DNA of 64,000 nt. Origin: an uncultured bacterium. GTDB lineage: Bacteria > Krumholzibacteriota > Krumholzibacteriia > JACNKJ01. The stretch lies in the NCBI GenBank assembly GCA_963695095.1, contig CAVOFT010000001.1:1152001-1216000 (forward strand), read 5' to 3'. The position numbers and the translations under genes are program-made. This document shows positions 9,032 through 22,485 of this stretch, piece after piece. The stretch's first letter is position 1. Every line of letters begins with the position of its first letter. The notes under the pieces are model-generated. The model saw only the letters and a program-made list of their open reading frames with translations. It ran no database searches and was not told the DNA's origin.

Positions 9032-12010
9032 ATGGCCAGCGGCCAAGCACAGAGCGAGCCGGAAGCCATCGGCGGCTTCCGCGTGCTGGGCACGCTGGGC
9101 CGGGGCGGCAGCGGGGTCGTCTACCTGGCCGAGGACCCCGGCCTCGAGCGCCGGGTAGCGCTCAAGGTACTGGCTGCCGCCTTCGCTGCGGATCCCGAGC
9201 GGGTCGATCGCCTGCGCCGTGAAGCGCGCCTGCTCGCCAGCTTGAACCACCCCAACATCGCGGCCATCTACGGCCTCATCGAAGCCCCCCGCGAGCCGCT
9301 GGCCCTGGTGCTGGAACTGGTGAGCGGCGAGAGTCTCGCTGCGCGCCTCGCCCGCGGCCCGCTGGCGCTGGCCGAGGCGCTCACGCTCGCGCGCCAGATG
9401 GCCGCGGGCTTGGAGGCGGCCCACGAGCAAGGCGTCATCCATCGCGATCTCAAGCCGGCGAACGTGATGCTCACGGCCAAGGGCACCGTGAAGCTGGTCG
9501 ATTTCGGCCTCGCGCGCTCGGGCCCAGTCGGTACGGGCCCCGCGGACTCCACCCGCTCGCTTACCCTCGAGGCCCAGGGGACCGTCTTCGGCACGCCCGG
9601 CTACATGAGCCCGGAGCAGGCCCGCGGGCTGCCCCTGGATCCGCGGGCGGACATCTTCGCCTTCGGCTGCATCCTCTTCGAGTGTCTGAGCGGACGGCCG
9701 GCCTTCGCCGGCGCGAACCCGCTGGAAGTCCTGGCCCGCACGCTGGAGGGCGAGCCGGACTGGGTCGCCCTGCCGCCCGGGCTGCCCGAGGATCTGCGCG
9801 CACTGCTCGGAGGCTGCCTCGCCCGGGGTGCGGAGGCCCGCCTGGCCGACATGGGCGAGTTGGCGCGGGTCCTGGCCGCCGTCGTCGAGGGCGGTGCCGA
9901 GGCGGCGCGCCCTGCCGCCACTCACAACCTACCGCTCACGCTCACTCGTTTCGTGGGGCGCGAGCGCGAGCTGGCCGAGTTGAAGCGGCTGCTCGGCTTT
10001 GCGCGCCTGGTCACGATCACGGGGACGGGCGGTGCCGGCAAGACGCGGGTGGCCCTGGAACTGGCCCGCGAGCTGGCGCCAAGTTACCCGCACGGCGTCT
10101 GGCTGGCCGAGTTCGCCCTGATTCGCGATCCGGAGCGAGTGCCCGGGGTCCTGGCCGCGGCCCTGGGCCTGCACGAGGAACTGCAGCGCCCCCTCGTCGC
10201 CACCCTTGCCAACCACTTGCGCGAAAAGGCCTGCCTGCTCGTCCTGGATAACTGCGAGCACCTGCTCGCAACCTGCGCGCAGCTGATTCACGCGCTGCTT
10301 GCCGGCTGCCCGCGCCTGCGCGTCCTGGCCACCAGCCGGGAGCGCTTCGCGCTGACCGGCGAACAGGACTACCCCTTGCCTTCGCTTTCGCTGCCCCTCG
10401 GTGAGGACCCCCAGCGCCTCGCCCAGTCGGAGGCGCTGCGGCTCTTCGTCGACCGCGCGCGCCTGGTGCGCCCGGACTGGGAGCTCGCGCCGGCCGAGGT
10501 GCCGGCGGTGGCGCGCATTTGCCGCCGCCTGGACGGCATTCCGCTGGCCATCGAGCTGGCGGCTGCACGCGTACGCGTGCTCACCATCGAGGCCATCGAA
10601 GCGCGACTGGATGACCGCTTCCGCCTGCTCGTGGGCGCGGGCGCAGCGGCGGACCCCGCTAGCTTGCCCCAGCACGAGACCCTGCGCGCCGCGCTGGACT
10701 GGAGCTACGACTTGCTCGCACCGTCGGAGCAGAAGCTCCTGCGCGGGCTCGCCGTCTTCGCCGGGGGCTGGACGCTGGAACTGGCCACGGCGGTCTGCGG
10801 CGAGGGCGGGGACGAATTCGATCTGCTCGAGCAGCTCACGCACTTCGTCGACAAGTCACTGGTGGTCGTGGGTCAGGGCACGGGCGGCGAGGCGCGCTAC
10901 CGCCTGCTCGAGACCCTGCGCCAGTACGGACTCGAGGCGCTCGAGCGGGCGGGGGAAGCGCCCGCCCGTCGCGATGGGCATCTGGACGCCTGCCTGCGCC
11001 TGGGTGAGGAGGCCGCGCCGCACCTCAAGGGCGGCCAGCAACTGCGCTGGATCCGGCGCCTGGCCGCCGAGCAGGAGAACCTGCTCGCCGCGCTCGCGTG
11101 GTCGGAGCAGGCAGCAGGGGGCAGCGGGAAGGGCCTGCGCCTGGCCGCCGCCATCTGGCCCTTCTGGGAGGCTCGCAGCCATTTCAGCCTCGGCCGCGCG
11201 CTGCTGGCCCGGGCCATCGAGCGGGCCCGGCTCGAGGAGGCGCCGACGCGGGCCCTGGCGCGGGCCCTGACGGGAGCCGGCAACCTGGCCTGGGCCCAGG
11301 TCGACTATGTCGAAGCCAAGGCCCGCTATACCGACAGCCTGGCCGTGTGTCGCGCACTCGGCGAGCCGAGGGGCATCGCCGTTGCCCTCGGCAGCCTGGG
11401 GCTCGTGGCCCTCGACTCGGCAACGCTTCCGGAGGCCGAGGCCTTGTTCACGGAGGCGCTGGGCCTCTTTCGGGAGCTGGGGGACCGGCTGGGCACCTGC
11501 CGCACCCTGGCCAACCTGGCGATCGTCCGCCGCAGCCAGGGGCAGCCCGAGGAGGCGCGGCGATTGCAGGAGGAGAATCTCGCCATTCGGCGCGAGCTGG
11601 GTGACGCCCGCGGCGTCGGTCTCGCCCATTACAACCTCAGCGTCATCGCCCTCCAGCTCGGCGAGCTGCCGGCGGCGCGCGGCCATGTCGCCCGGGCATT
11701 GCGCGGCTTCAGCGAATTGGAGGACCGCTTTCATCAGGCCAGCAGCCTGGAGCGAGCCAGCGAGCTGGCGGCCTTTCTGAACGAGGCTACCCGAGCCGTC
11801 GGCCTCCGGGCTGCTGCCGGTGCACTGCGCGCATCATTGGGTGCCCCCGTAGCTCCGAAGGCGGTCGAGGAACGCGAGAACTTCATGATCGCCATGCGAG
11901 CGGCGCTCGGCGAGGCGGGCTTCGCCCAGTCCTGGGCGGCCGGGGAGTCCGCCAGCTATCGGGAGGTGGTGACCGAGACTCTCGACTGGCTCGATGGCCC
12001 CAGCGCCTAG
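9032..12010 (+). CDS. Ser/Thr protein kinase fused to a STAND/NB-ARC-like ATPase and TPR repeats
   Basis: Hanks motifs [30 protein letters not shown]; then [35 protein letters not shown]-like C-terminus. Confidence 0.9.
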   Translation: MASGQAQSEPEAIGGFRVLGTLGRGGSGVVYLAEDPGLERRVALKVLAAAFAADPERVDRLRREARLLASLNHPNIAAIYGLIEAPREPLALVLELVSGESLAARLARGPLALAEALTLARQMAAGLEAAHEQGVIHRDLKPANVMLTAKGTVKLVDFGLARSGPVGTGPADSTRSLTLEAQGTVFGTPGYMSPEQARGLPLDPRADIFAFGCILFECLSGRPAFAGANPLEVLARTLEGEPDWVALPPGLPEDLRALLGGCLARGAEARLADMGELARVLAAVVEGGAEAARPAATHNLPLTLTRFVGRERELAELKRLLGFARLVTITGTGGAGKTRVALELARELAPSYPHGVWLAEFALIRDPERVPGVLAAALGLHEELQRPLVATLANHLREKACLLVLDNCEHLLATCAQLIHALLAGCPRLRVLATSRERFALTGEQDYPLPSLSLPLGEDPQRLAQSEALRLFVDRARLVRPDWELAPAEVPAVARICRRLDGIPLAIELAAARVRVLTIEAIEARLDDRFRLLVGAGAAADPASLPQHETLRAALDWSYDLLAPSEQKLLRGLAVFAGGWTLELATAVCGEGGDEFDLLEQLTHFVDKSLVVVGQGTGGEARYRLLETLRQYGLEALERAGEAPARRDGHLDACLRLGEEAAPHLKGGQQLRWIRRLAAEQENLLAALAWSEQAAGGSGKGLRLAAAIWPFWEARSHFSLGRALLARAIERARLEEAPTRALARALTGAGNLAWAQVDYVEAKARYTDSLAVCRALGEPRGIAVALGSLGLVALDSATLPEAEALFTEALGLFRELGDRLGTCRTLANLAIVRRSQGQPEEARRLQEENLAIRRELGDARGVGLAHYNLSVIALQLGELPAARGHVARALRGFSELEDRFHQASSLERASELAAFLNEATRAVGLRAAAGALRASLGAPVAPKAVEERENFMIAMRAALGEAGFAQSWAAGESASYREVVTETLDWLDGPSA

Positions 12011-12060
12011 CCCAGCGGCCGACGGCCGCGCCCACAGTCGCGCCCCAGGCCTCACATTCG

Positions 12061-12097
12061 CGTGACCTTCCTGCACGGACCGTGTAGAGTCTTCACG
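12061..12097 (+). promoter_or_regulatory. Tandem CGTG-N9-CACG dyads, candidate enhancer for a sigma54 activator
   Basis: GTG-N9-CAC at 12062-12076 and 12082-12096, 20 bp apart, 85-120 bp upstream of a -24/-12 element. Confidence 0.4.
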
Positions 12098-12127
12098 GTT
12101 CGCGGTCCGGCGCCCTCCAGGATCATC

Positions 12128-12156
12128 GATCAAGTCATTATATCGTAATCATTTAC
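12128..12156 (+). promoter_or_regulatory. IHF-like AT-rich site
   Basis: gATCAAgtcaTTA is close to WATCAANNNNTTR, within an AT-rich island in GC-rich DNA. Confidence 0.5.
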
Positions 12157-12180
12157 AGGATCGAAGCCACAGGGGGAGCT

Positions 12181-12196
12181 GGGTACGCGACTTGCG
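12181..12196 (+). promoter_or_regulatory. Sigma54 (-24/-12) promoter
   Basis: GG-TACGCGACTT-GC (GG-N10-GC with TTGC), about 30 bp before the ATG at 12225. Confidence 0.6.
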
Positions 12197-12224
12197 CCAA
12201 CTCGGGGTGTCGGCCAGGAGGATC

Positions 12225-13637
12225 ATGCCCCGCCCGCTCGCCATTGGTTCCCGATCAGCCCGCCAAGGGATACCGCTCCTGGTCGCTGCCCTGCTTTGCC
12301 TTTCGCCCGTGGGGGCGCGAGCGCGGGACGGCGCCCAGACCCCCGCCGGCCTGCGCGTCGAGGCCGTGAGCTTCGTCGGGCAGTGGAAGACGCACCGGGT
12401 CGTGCTGGAGCGCCTGCTCGCCCTGGCGCCCGGGGATGCCGTCGACGCCGCCGCTCTGGCCGCCGCGCGGGCGCGGCTGCTCGACTCGGGCTACTTCGCG
12501 AGCGTCGAGCTGACGACCCGCCCCGGCGCCGAGCGGGGTGGCCTGCTCGTCGACGTGAGCGTGAGGGAGCGCCACCGGCCCTATCTCGACACGGGCTTCG
12601 GCTTCCGCGACCCCGAGGGCTGGTACCTCACCCTGATCGGTCTGCGCCTGGAAAACCCGGTGGGCCTGGGCGGGCGCGCGACCCTGGGCCTGCAGCTCGG
12701 CTTCCGCACGGCCGGGGCCGAGGCCCAGTGGCTGCAGCCGCTGAGCGCCCGCGGCGCCCTCGCCCTGCGCCTGCGCCTGCGCGGCCAGAACGAGAAGCTC
12801 ATCTGGTACGCGAACGAGCCGGGCTGGCTGGGCCTCTACGACGAGCAGCGTCTGGGCCTGGAGCGGCAGGAGGCGGCGCTCAGCCTGCTCTGGCGCCCGC
12901 GCCCGGCGCTCGGCCTGGAGCTGGGCCTGGCTGCGCAGAGCGTCGAGCCCGATGCGGAGGGCGAGAACCGCGACACCGACAGCGAGATCCCCACCTACCG
13001 CCTGCCGCCCGCCTTCCAGACCGAGACCGGCCGCCGCGCGCTGAACGGCCTGCTCCTCGGCCTCAACCTGGGCGAAGGCGGCATGGACGGGACGCCCGGC
13101 CATTCGCTGAGTCTGCGCGGGCGTCTGGTGAGCGAGGGGCTCGGCGCCGAGGCCGACTACGCGCGCTGGACCCTGGCCGCCCGCGCCACCGAGGCCCTGC
13201 CCGCGGGGCAGCGCCTCGCGCTCGGGCTTCGCGCCGGCTGGCTGGGGGAGGCGGCGCCCTACTACGAGCGCTTCCGTCTGGGCGGCTCCTACTCGCTGCG
13301 CGGCTTTCGCGATCACAGCCTCTCGCCGCCCGAAGGGCACGACGGCTTTCTCAGCGCGGCCCTCGAGTACCGCCTGCCGCTGCTGCGCGCGCGGAGCGGC
13401 GGCGAGCGGCTCGGCGCCCTGGCCTTCGCCGACGCGGGTCGCGGCTGGCTCGAGCGGACGGGCTCCCTCGCCGAGCCCGACGTCGACTACGAGAAGTGGC
13501 AGCTGGGCGCAGGCTACGGCCTCCGTCTCACCTTGCCCTGGCTGGGCACCCTGGGCCTGGACCTGGGCTTCCCGGTGACGGCCGGCATCACGGGCGAGCC
13601 GGTCTGGGTCTATCTCACCCTGGGGCACAGCTTCTAG
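12225..13637 (+). CDS. Omp85 (BamA/TamA-like) outer-membrane protein with one POTRA domain
   Basis: Signal peptide; POTRA-like 'RVEAVSFVG...RLLDSGYFASV'; barrel motif 'FRLGGSYSLRGF'; C-terminal Phe. Confidence 0.85.
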   Translation: MPRPLAIGSRSARQGIPLLVAALLCLSPVGARARDGAQTPAGLRVEAVSFVGQWKTHRVVLERLLALAPGDAVDAAALAAARARLLDSGYFASVELTTRPGAERGGLLVDVSVRERHRPYLDTGFGFRDPEGWYLTLIGLRLENPVGLGGRATLGLQLGFRTAGAEAQWLQPLSARGALALRLRLRGQNEKLIWYANEPGWLGLYDEQRLGLERQEAALSLLWRPRPALGLELGLAAQSVEPDAEGENRDTDSEIPTYRLPPAFQTETGRRALNGLLLGLNLGEGGMDGTPGHSLSLRGRLVSEGLGAEADYARWTLAARATEALPAGQRLALGLRAGWLGEAAPYYERFRLGGSYSLRGFRDHSLSPPEGHDGFLSAALEYRLPLLRARSGGERLGALAFADAGRGWLERTGSLAEPDVDYEKWQLGAGYGLRLTLPWLGTLGLDLGFPVTAGITGEPVWVYLTLGHSF

Positions 13638-14406
13638 TGCGGCGCGCGTGGCGCAGGGGGCGGCCGGTGGCGCGAGGGGCGAGCCGCGGCGCAAGGGTCT
13701 TCGCGTTCGCGGCGCTCGCCTTTGCGGCGCTCGTCGCCGCGGACGCCCAGGCCATCGAACAGACGGCGCGCATCGAGCGCGTGGAGCTGGCCCGCGCCGA
13801 GGGCGAGCTCGTCGCCGACGTCGACGTGGTCGCGCTCTTCAGTCCGCCGCTGGAAAACACGCTGAAGAGCGGCCTGCCCGTGGTGGTGGACCTCGCCCTC
13901 GAGCTGCGCCCGGCCGCGGGCCGCGCCATGGGGCGCCTGGTGCGCAGCACGCTGAGCTACGACGTTTGGAAGGATCGCTATCGCCTCGAGCGCGGGGGCC
14001 GCCACTGGGACTATCCCGACCTCGCCACCCTGCGCGCGGCGGGCAGCCGCTACGAGGCGCTGCCGCTGGCGGCCCTGGCCGCCCTCGGCGCGGGCAGCCT
14101 CACACTGAGCCTGCGCGTGGCCGTGGATCCCCTGGGCGGCGCCGAGCGCGAGCGCATGGAGCGCTGGCTCGCCCGCACGGTGAGCGACCCGGCGGATCCC
14201 TCCGCGCGAGAGCTGCGCCTGGACCTGGGCGCACTCCTGGGCAGCGTCTTCGGCGGCAAGGGCGAGCAGGGCTGGGGGCCCGAGCGCCTGATCGGGCCCT
14301 TCGCCGTGGCGGCGCTCGCCCAGCGCGCGCCGGTGGTGGAAGCGCCGACCGCTTCCGCGCCGGCGACGCCCGCCCCGGCGAGCGACGGCAAGGAGGCGCC
14401 CGGACC

Positions 14407-14410
<4 letters not shown>
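13637..14410 (+). CDS. DUF4390-like periplasmic protein
   Basis: Signal peptide; 'LENTLKSGLPVVVDLALEL...LSYDVWKDRYRL'; sits just before an NtrY-like kinase. Start uncertain. Confidence 0.6.
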
Positions 14411-17358
<2,948 letters not shown>

Positions 17359-17362
<4 letters not shown>

Positions 17363-18810
17363 TCCTCGTCACCGGTGCCACCGGCTACATCGGCGGGCGG
17401 CTGGTGCCGCGGCTGCTGGAGCAGGGCCAGCGGGTGCGCTGCCTGGTGCGCGATCCGGCGCGGCTGGAGGGGCGGCCCTGGCAGCGCGCGGTCGAGATCG
17501 TGGCGGGCGACGTGCTCGACGCGGCCACCCTGCCGGCGGCGATGGAGGGCGTCAGCGCCGCCTACTACCTGGTGCACAGCATGGCGGGGGGCGCGGACTT
17601 CCACGCGCAGGACCTGCGCGCTGCCGAGAACTTCGCGCGGGCTGCCCGCGCTGCGGGCGTGGAGCGCATCCTCTACCTGGGCGGGCTGGCGGTGGCCTCG
17701 CCGGAGCTCTCCGAGCACCTGCGCTCGCGCCAGGAGACCGGCGCGGCCCTCGGCAGCGCGGGCCTGCCGGTTACCGAGTTCCGCGCGGGCGTCATCGTCG
17801 GCTCGGGCAGCCTCTCCTTCGAGATGATCCGCTACCTGACCGAGCGCGTGCCGGTCATGATCTGCCCGCGCTGGGTCTACACGCGTACGCAGCCCATCGC
17901 CGTGCGCGACGTGCTGGACTACCTGGTCGCGGGGCTGGCCACGCCGGCCAGCGCCGGGCGCGTGGTCGAGATCGGCGGCGAGGACGTCGTCACCTACGGC
18001 GACATGATGCTGATCTACGCCGAGGTGCGCGGCCTCAAGCGCTGGATGCTGCCGGTGCCCGTGCTGACGCCGCGCCTGTCGTCCTACTGGGTGAACCTGG
18101 TGACGCCGATTCCGGCCGCGATCGCGCGACCGCTGATCGAAGGGCTGAAGAGCGAGAGCGTGGTGCACGACCCGAGCGGCATGGCGCTCTTCCCCGAGAT
18201 CCGGCCGGCGGGCTACCGGCAGGCGGTGGAGCGCGCGCTGGCGAGCCTGGAGGCGAGCGCGGTGGAGACCGCCTGGAGCGACGCGCTGAGCAGCAGCCAG
18301 GGCAAGCTGCCGCCGGTGGTGCTGACGACGCAGGAGGGGATGATCATCGAGCGGCGGCAGCGCCTCGTGCGCGCAACGCCGGCGGCGGTGCACGGCGTCT
18401 ACACGGGCCTCGGCGGCGAGCGTGGCTGGACCACGATGAACTGGGCCTGGCGTCTGCGCGGCGGCTTCGACCGCCTGCTCGGCGGCGTGGGCCTGCGCCG
18501 CGGCCGTCGCGATCCGGACGCGCTGCGCGTGGGCGAGGCGCTGGACTTCTGGCGGGTGGAAGCGGTGGAGCCCGATCGGCTGCTGCGCCTGCGCGCCGAG
18601 ATGAAGGTGCCGGGCAAGGCCTGGCTGCAGTTCGAGGTGACGCCGCGGGCGGGGGGCGAGCTGCTGCTCGCCCAGACGGCCTTCTTCGCGCCCAAGGGCC
18701 TGTCGGGCTGGCTCTACTGGTACGGCCTGTATCCCTTCCACGCGCTGATCTTCAGCCGACTGATCGAGCAGATCGCCCGGCGGGCCGAGGTCCGGCAGGG
18801 CGGGTCCTAG
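17359..18810 (+). CDS. NAD(P)-binding SDR-like oxidoreductase with C-terminal DUF2867-like domain (YbjT-like)
   Basis: '[14 protein letters not shown]'; C-terminal 'LDFWRVE...[17 protein letters not shown]...YWY'. Confidence 0.85.
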
Positions 18811-18835
18811 CGCGCCGGGCAGCGGTGGCCAGTGG

Positions 18836-19462
18836 CTATTCGCCGCCGAGGTAGAGCGTGAGGCCGACCATGACGCTCCACTGGTCGTAGTCGAGGGCCT
18901 CGGCGCTCTCCAGGACGGCGTCGCCGAGCTTGCGGTCGACGTCGATGAACTCGAAGCGCAGCTCCGTGAACATCGCCAGGCGCGGCGAGGCCGAGAACTC
19001 GGCGCCGGCGCCGAGCAGCCAGCCGAAGGCGTTCTCGCTGTCGTCGGCTTGCAGGTTCTCGATGCTCTGCTCGAGGTCGCCGAAGTCGTAGCCGATGTAG
19101 CGCCACTGGGCGCCGACGGCGGCATAGGGCGTGAGCGCGCTCAGCGGCAGGTAGAGGCGCGCCATGAGCGAGATCGGCACGCTGTAGGCCTGGTAGCCGA
19201 CGGCCTCGCCGCCGGCCGGCGTGACGGAGAAGTCCTCGTCCAGCTTGTAGGAGACGGAGCCGAAGACGCCGAGCATGGGCCCGGGCCGCAGCTCGACGTG
19301 GGCGCCCAGCGTGGGGCTGCCGCTCTCGGCGTCGCGCGACTCGCCGTAGGCGCCGTGGATGCCGAGGCCGAGGCCGCTGGGGGCGGCGAGCACGCGACTC
19401 TGAAGGCCTGATGCGGCAAGGGCCAAGGACGCGAAGAGAAGCGCCTTGATGGTTCCGTGCAT
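18836..19462 (-). CDS. Outer-membrane beta-barrel protein (OmpA/porin-like)
   Basis: Signal peptide, amphipathic strands 'LTPYAAVGAQW' and 'GWLLGAGAEF'; GGGGAGG RBS before the ATG at 19462. Confidence 0.75.
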   Translation of the reverse strand: MHGTIKALLFASLALAASGLQSRVLAAPSGLGLGIHGAYGESRDAESGSPTLGAHVELRPGPMLGVFGSVSYKLDEDFSVTPAGGEAVGYQAYSVPISLMARLYLPLSALTPYAAVGAQWRYIGYDFGDLEQSIENLQADDSENAFGWLLGAGAEFSASPRLAMFTELRFEFIDVDRKLGDAVLESAEALDYDQWSVMVGLTLYLGGE

Positions 19463-19530
19463 GACTTGGTTCCTCCCCATGGCCGTCTGCGTGGTCATTG
19501 GCAGATCTGGTGACCTGACGACCGCCCTGG

Positions 19531-19559
19531 AAGCTAGGCGAGTGTCCTCGGCCTGTCAA
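19531..19559 (-). promoter_or_regulatory. Sigma70 promoter of the OM barrel gene
   Basis: Minus strand TTGACA-N17-TAGCTT. Confidence 0.6.
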
Positions 19560-19626
19560 AGATTGCCGCCCGGCACATCCCCAGACTGCGCCGCTGGGGT
19601 GAGGCGAGCCGATGGAAGGGCACTCC

Positions 19627-19641
19627 GTGAATAAAATTCAC
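19627..19641 (+). promoter_or_regulatory. Palindrome GTGAAT-AAA-ATTCAC, candidate activator site
   Basis: Same GTG-N9-CAC geometry as 12062/12082, about 110 bp upstream of a -24/-12 element. Confidence 0.45.
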
Positions 19642-19688
19642 TCATGGCGGAGTGGGTCGAGGCCAGGGCGAACCGCGTCTATACCGTG

Positions 19689-19713
19689 CAAGCCATTATT
19701 TTTCAACAGATTG
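19689..19713 (+). promoter_or_regulatory. IHF-like AT-rich site
   Basis: CAAGCCATTATTTTTCAACAGATTG contains TTTCAAcagaTTG, one mismatch from the IHF consensus. Confidence 0.5.
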
Positions 19714-19751
19714 ACAAGTGAGTACTTCGGTTCCTGCGCTCCTGCCCGCCC

Positions 19752-19767
19752 CGGCACACCCCTTGCG
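19752..19767 (+). promoter_or_regulatory. Sigma54 promoter
   Basis: cGG-CACACCCCTT-GCg, close to TGGCAC-N5-TTGC. Confidence 0.7.
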
Positions 19768-19814
19768 CTAGCCGCCTCGGAAGCCAATCACCGAGCCCCG
19801 AGGAGGCACTCCAA

Positions 19815-21737
19815 ATGAAGAAGCGAACCCCCGCCCGCCGCGCCCTGGCCCTGCTGGCGATCCCCCTGGCGGCCATCGCCCTGCTCAGCGGCTGCGAGCG
19901 CACGACGCCGAGCGAGACTCCCCCGGACGCCGACGTGGCCGCCAGCTTCGCGGCCAGCGCCCAGTCCGCGGCCACCGTGAACGAGAACCTCCAGCTCGCC
20001 CAGCTCTTCGCCAATCCCATGGCCAGCGCCACCGGCGACCTGGGCCTGGCCGAGGACCCCGAGTTCGACCCCTGGACCGGCCAGGGCGTGGACTTCCCCC
20101 AGCTCGCCCTCGTCAACGCCCAGGCCTTCCGCGCCGCGGCCGCCCTGCAGGTCACGGCGGCGCGGAGCGCCAGGGCCGGCCGCAAGGCCACGGCCGCGCT
20201 GCCGGCTTATGATGCCGGCCCCGGCTTCGACCGCGCCGAGGGCGACACCCTCTCGGTCGAGTACTTCAACAGCGCCGACAGCACCGGCCTGAACGCCGTC
20301 ATCGAGGCCGCGGGCCAGGACATGGTGCGCTTCGTGGCGATCCGCGATTATCCGAACGCCATCCTCTGGCAGGTGAGCCATCGCGAGAGCGAGGTGCTCA
20401 TCGACACCAACGGCACGCTCGCGGATCCCGAGGACGACAGCTACCACCGCCTCAGCATCGGCGAGACCCTGGCCAACGGCCAGGTCTCCAGCGGCTTGAT
20501 CCAGCCCGTTGCCGGCCCCGGCCCCATCGGTCCGGACACCCTGGTCGAGGCGGACCTGCGCGTTGACGACCCCTCCTTCCACCCCTTCCAGGCCTGGATC
20601 GAGACCGTCGTGCGCATGGAGATCGGCGCCCTGGACACCGAGGGCGACGAGGTCTTCCACCGCCTCGCCAACACCGTCCACTGGAAGAGCGGCGCCGAGC
20701 AGACGGCCGTGATCGAGGCCGCCGGCGGCGGCGCGATCGTGAACGGCAGCGAGGTCACCCTCACCGCCACCTTCACCGCCGCGCCCGGCAACCCCTGGCT
20801 CGAGAGCGTCGAGGATCACATCCGCGCCAACCTGGGCGAGCTCGAGGACGAGGGCGACGACCTGCTCCTCGAGATCGGCCGCGTCTCCACCTTCGACGGC
20901 CAGACCGCCGAGGGCGATTCGCCCAGCGCCACGGTCACCTTCACCCCCGAAGACCCCGTCGGCGTCGGCGAGGAGCCCTGCGGCGGCAACTTCGAGGAGG
21001 AGATCTTCTACGCGGCCGGCTGGTGGCTGCAGCACGCCCAGCGCCAGGTGGAGATCAGCTGCGCCGGCGCCGGCAGCTACCATCTGCACCTGGACTTCCT
21101 CGACGGCAGCTCTCTGGATCGCACGATCACCTGGGACGGCGCCGGGGCCGCCACGCTCACCGAGAGCCGCCCGGACGGCGTCAGCGTCGAGGGCGAGTTC
21201 AACGAGAGCAGCGGCGAGTACAGCGTGATCACCACCTTCGCCGCCGGCAGCGACCCCGTGAGCCGCGAGCAGACCGGCACCATCCTGCCGGGCAGCCTCG
21301 CCGCCCGCGACGAGTTCTTCTGGCAGGACGACCACGCCGACTACCGGACCTTCACGGCCACCGAGACCGCGGAGGGCTGGACGGCCACCGGCCAGCACGT
21401 GAAGGGCGGGCTCACGGAGACCTTCAGCGTCACGGGCACGGCCAGCACCCTGACCGGCGAGTGGAGCCGCACGGCCGCGGGCGTCAACGCCAGCGGCGAG
21501 TACACGCTCGAGGCCCTGGACGCGGGCGGCGCGCACCTCGTCTTCAGCGCGCGGGACACCCTCGCCGAGGGCAACCCCAGCGCCGTGGGCGACTTCTGGT
21601 ACGCCGCCGACGGCAGCGGCCACGGCACCCTGGTCTACACGCAGTTCGGCCACACGGTGACCTACAACGTCAGCTGGACCGGCGACGGCGCCGGCACCCT
21701 CAGCGACGGACAGGGCAACACGATTCCCCTGGGCTGA
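19815..21737 (+). CDS. Large acidic, beta-rich lipoprotein of unknown function
   Basis: GAGGAGG RBS, lipobox LLSGC, strong GC3 codon bias, internal repeats of about 60 aa. Confidence 0.8.
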   Translation: MKKRTPARRALALLAIPLAAIALLSGCERTTPSETPPDADVAASFAASAQSAATVNENLQLAQLFANPMASATGDLGLAEDPEFDPWTGQGVDFPQLALVNAQAFRAAAALQVTAARSARAGRKATAALPAYDAGPGFDRAEGDTLSVEYFNSADSTGLNAVIEAAGQDMVRFVAIRDYPNAILWQVSHRESEVLIDTNGTLADPEDDSYHRLSIGETLANGQVSSGLIQPVAGPGPIGPDTLVEADLRVDDPSFHPFQAWIETVVRMEIGALDTEGDEVFHRLANTVHWKSGAEQTAVIEAAGGGAIVNGSEVTLTATFTAAPGNPWLESVEDHIRANLGELEDEGDDLLLEIGRVSTFDGQTAEGDSPSATVTFTPEDPVGVGEEPCGGNFEEEIFYAAGWWLQHAQRQVEISCAGAGSYHLHLDFLDGSSLDRTITWDGAGAATLTESRPDGVSVEGEFNESSGEYSVITTFAAGSDPVSREQTGTILPGSLAARDEFFWQDDHADYRTFTATETAEGWTATGQHVKGGLTETFSVTGTASTLTGEWSRTAAGVNASGEYTLEALDAGGAHLVFSARDTLAEGNPSAVGDFWYAADGSGHGTLVYTQFGHTVTYNVSWTGDGAGTLSDGQGNTIPLG

Positions 21738-21760
21738 TCGCCGGAGGCGGACTAGGATTC

Positions 21761-21802
21761 GGCTCGGGCCGGCGCTCGCGAGAGCGGCCGGCCCGGGCCT
21801 TT
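21761..21802 (+). terminator. Hairpin, possible intrinsic terminator
   Basis: GGCTCGGGCCGG...CCGGCCCGGGCC followed by TTT. Confidence 0.5.
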
Positions 21803-21822
21803 GCCGTCGCGAGGAGATCGCC

Positions 21823-22485
21823 GTGACCCTTCGCCTTCTCGCCGCGCTTGTCGCGCTCCTCCTGCTGTCCGCCTCGGGGCTCGGGGCGGCTTCCGCGCGC
21901 GCTGAAGTGACAGGCGAGGCGGGCGCGCCGGCGCCGGGCGAAGGCCGCTGGGAGCTGGGGCTGGGCGCCCAGGGCGGCTGGGCGCATCTGGAAGAGGCGG
22001 CGCCGGACGGCTTCGCCCTCAGCGAGGGCCCCGGCTACGGGCTCGTGATCGGCGTCGGCCGCCGCCTCGCGCCGCGGGCCACCGCCACCTTCACCCTGCT
22101 CGCCGCCCGGCACGACACCAACCAAATGTCAGCGAAGGCAGAATGGAGCGCCGGCCTCCTCGGCCTACGCTACGAACTCGCGCGAGGCGGCGGCCTGGCG
22201 CCCTACCTGCACGGCGGCCTCGGCGGCGTGAACCTGCGCATCCGCTCGGACGGCGAAGGCGGCGGCCTCGCCGAAGAGCTGAAGCTGACCGGCCTGGCCG
22301 GCCTGCTCGGCGCGGGCCTGCGCCTGGCGCTGAGCCCACGCTTCCAGCTCGACCTCGAGCTGGACCACCTCATCGTCAACTACGCGGACGAATCGGTAGT
22401 CCTCGAGAGCGGCTACACGGGCACGCGCATCGACAAGGCGGGCCGCTTCACGCGCCTGGCCTGCGTCGCCCGCTGGCTGTTCTAG
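21823..22485 (+). CDS. Outer-membrane beta-barrel protein
   Basis: Signal peptide, 'LAPYLHGGLGG', 'GLLGAGLRLAL', C-terminal WLF. Confidence 0.7.
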   Translation: MTLRLLAALVALLLLSASGLGAASARAEVTGEAGAPAPGEGRWELGLGAQGGWAHLEEAAPDGFALSEGPGYGLVIGVGRRLAPRATATFTLLAARHDTNQMSAKAEWSAGLLGLRYELARGGGLAPYLHGGLGGVNLRIRSDGEGGGLAEELKLTGLAGLLGAGLRLALSPRFQLDLELDHLIVNYADESVVLESGYTGTRIDKAGRFTRLACVARWLF

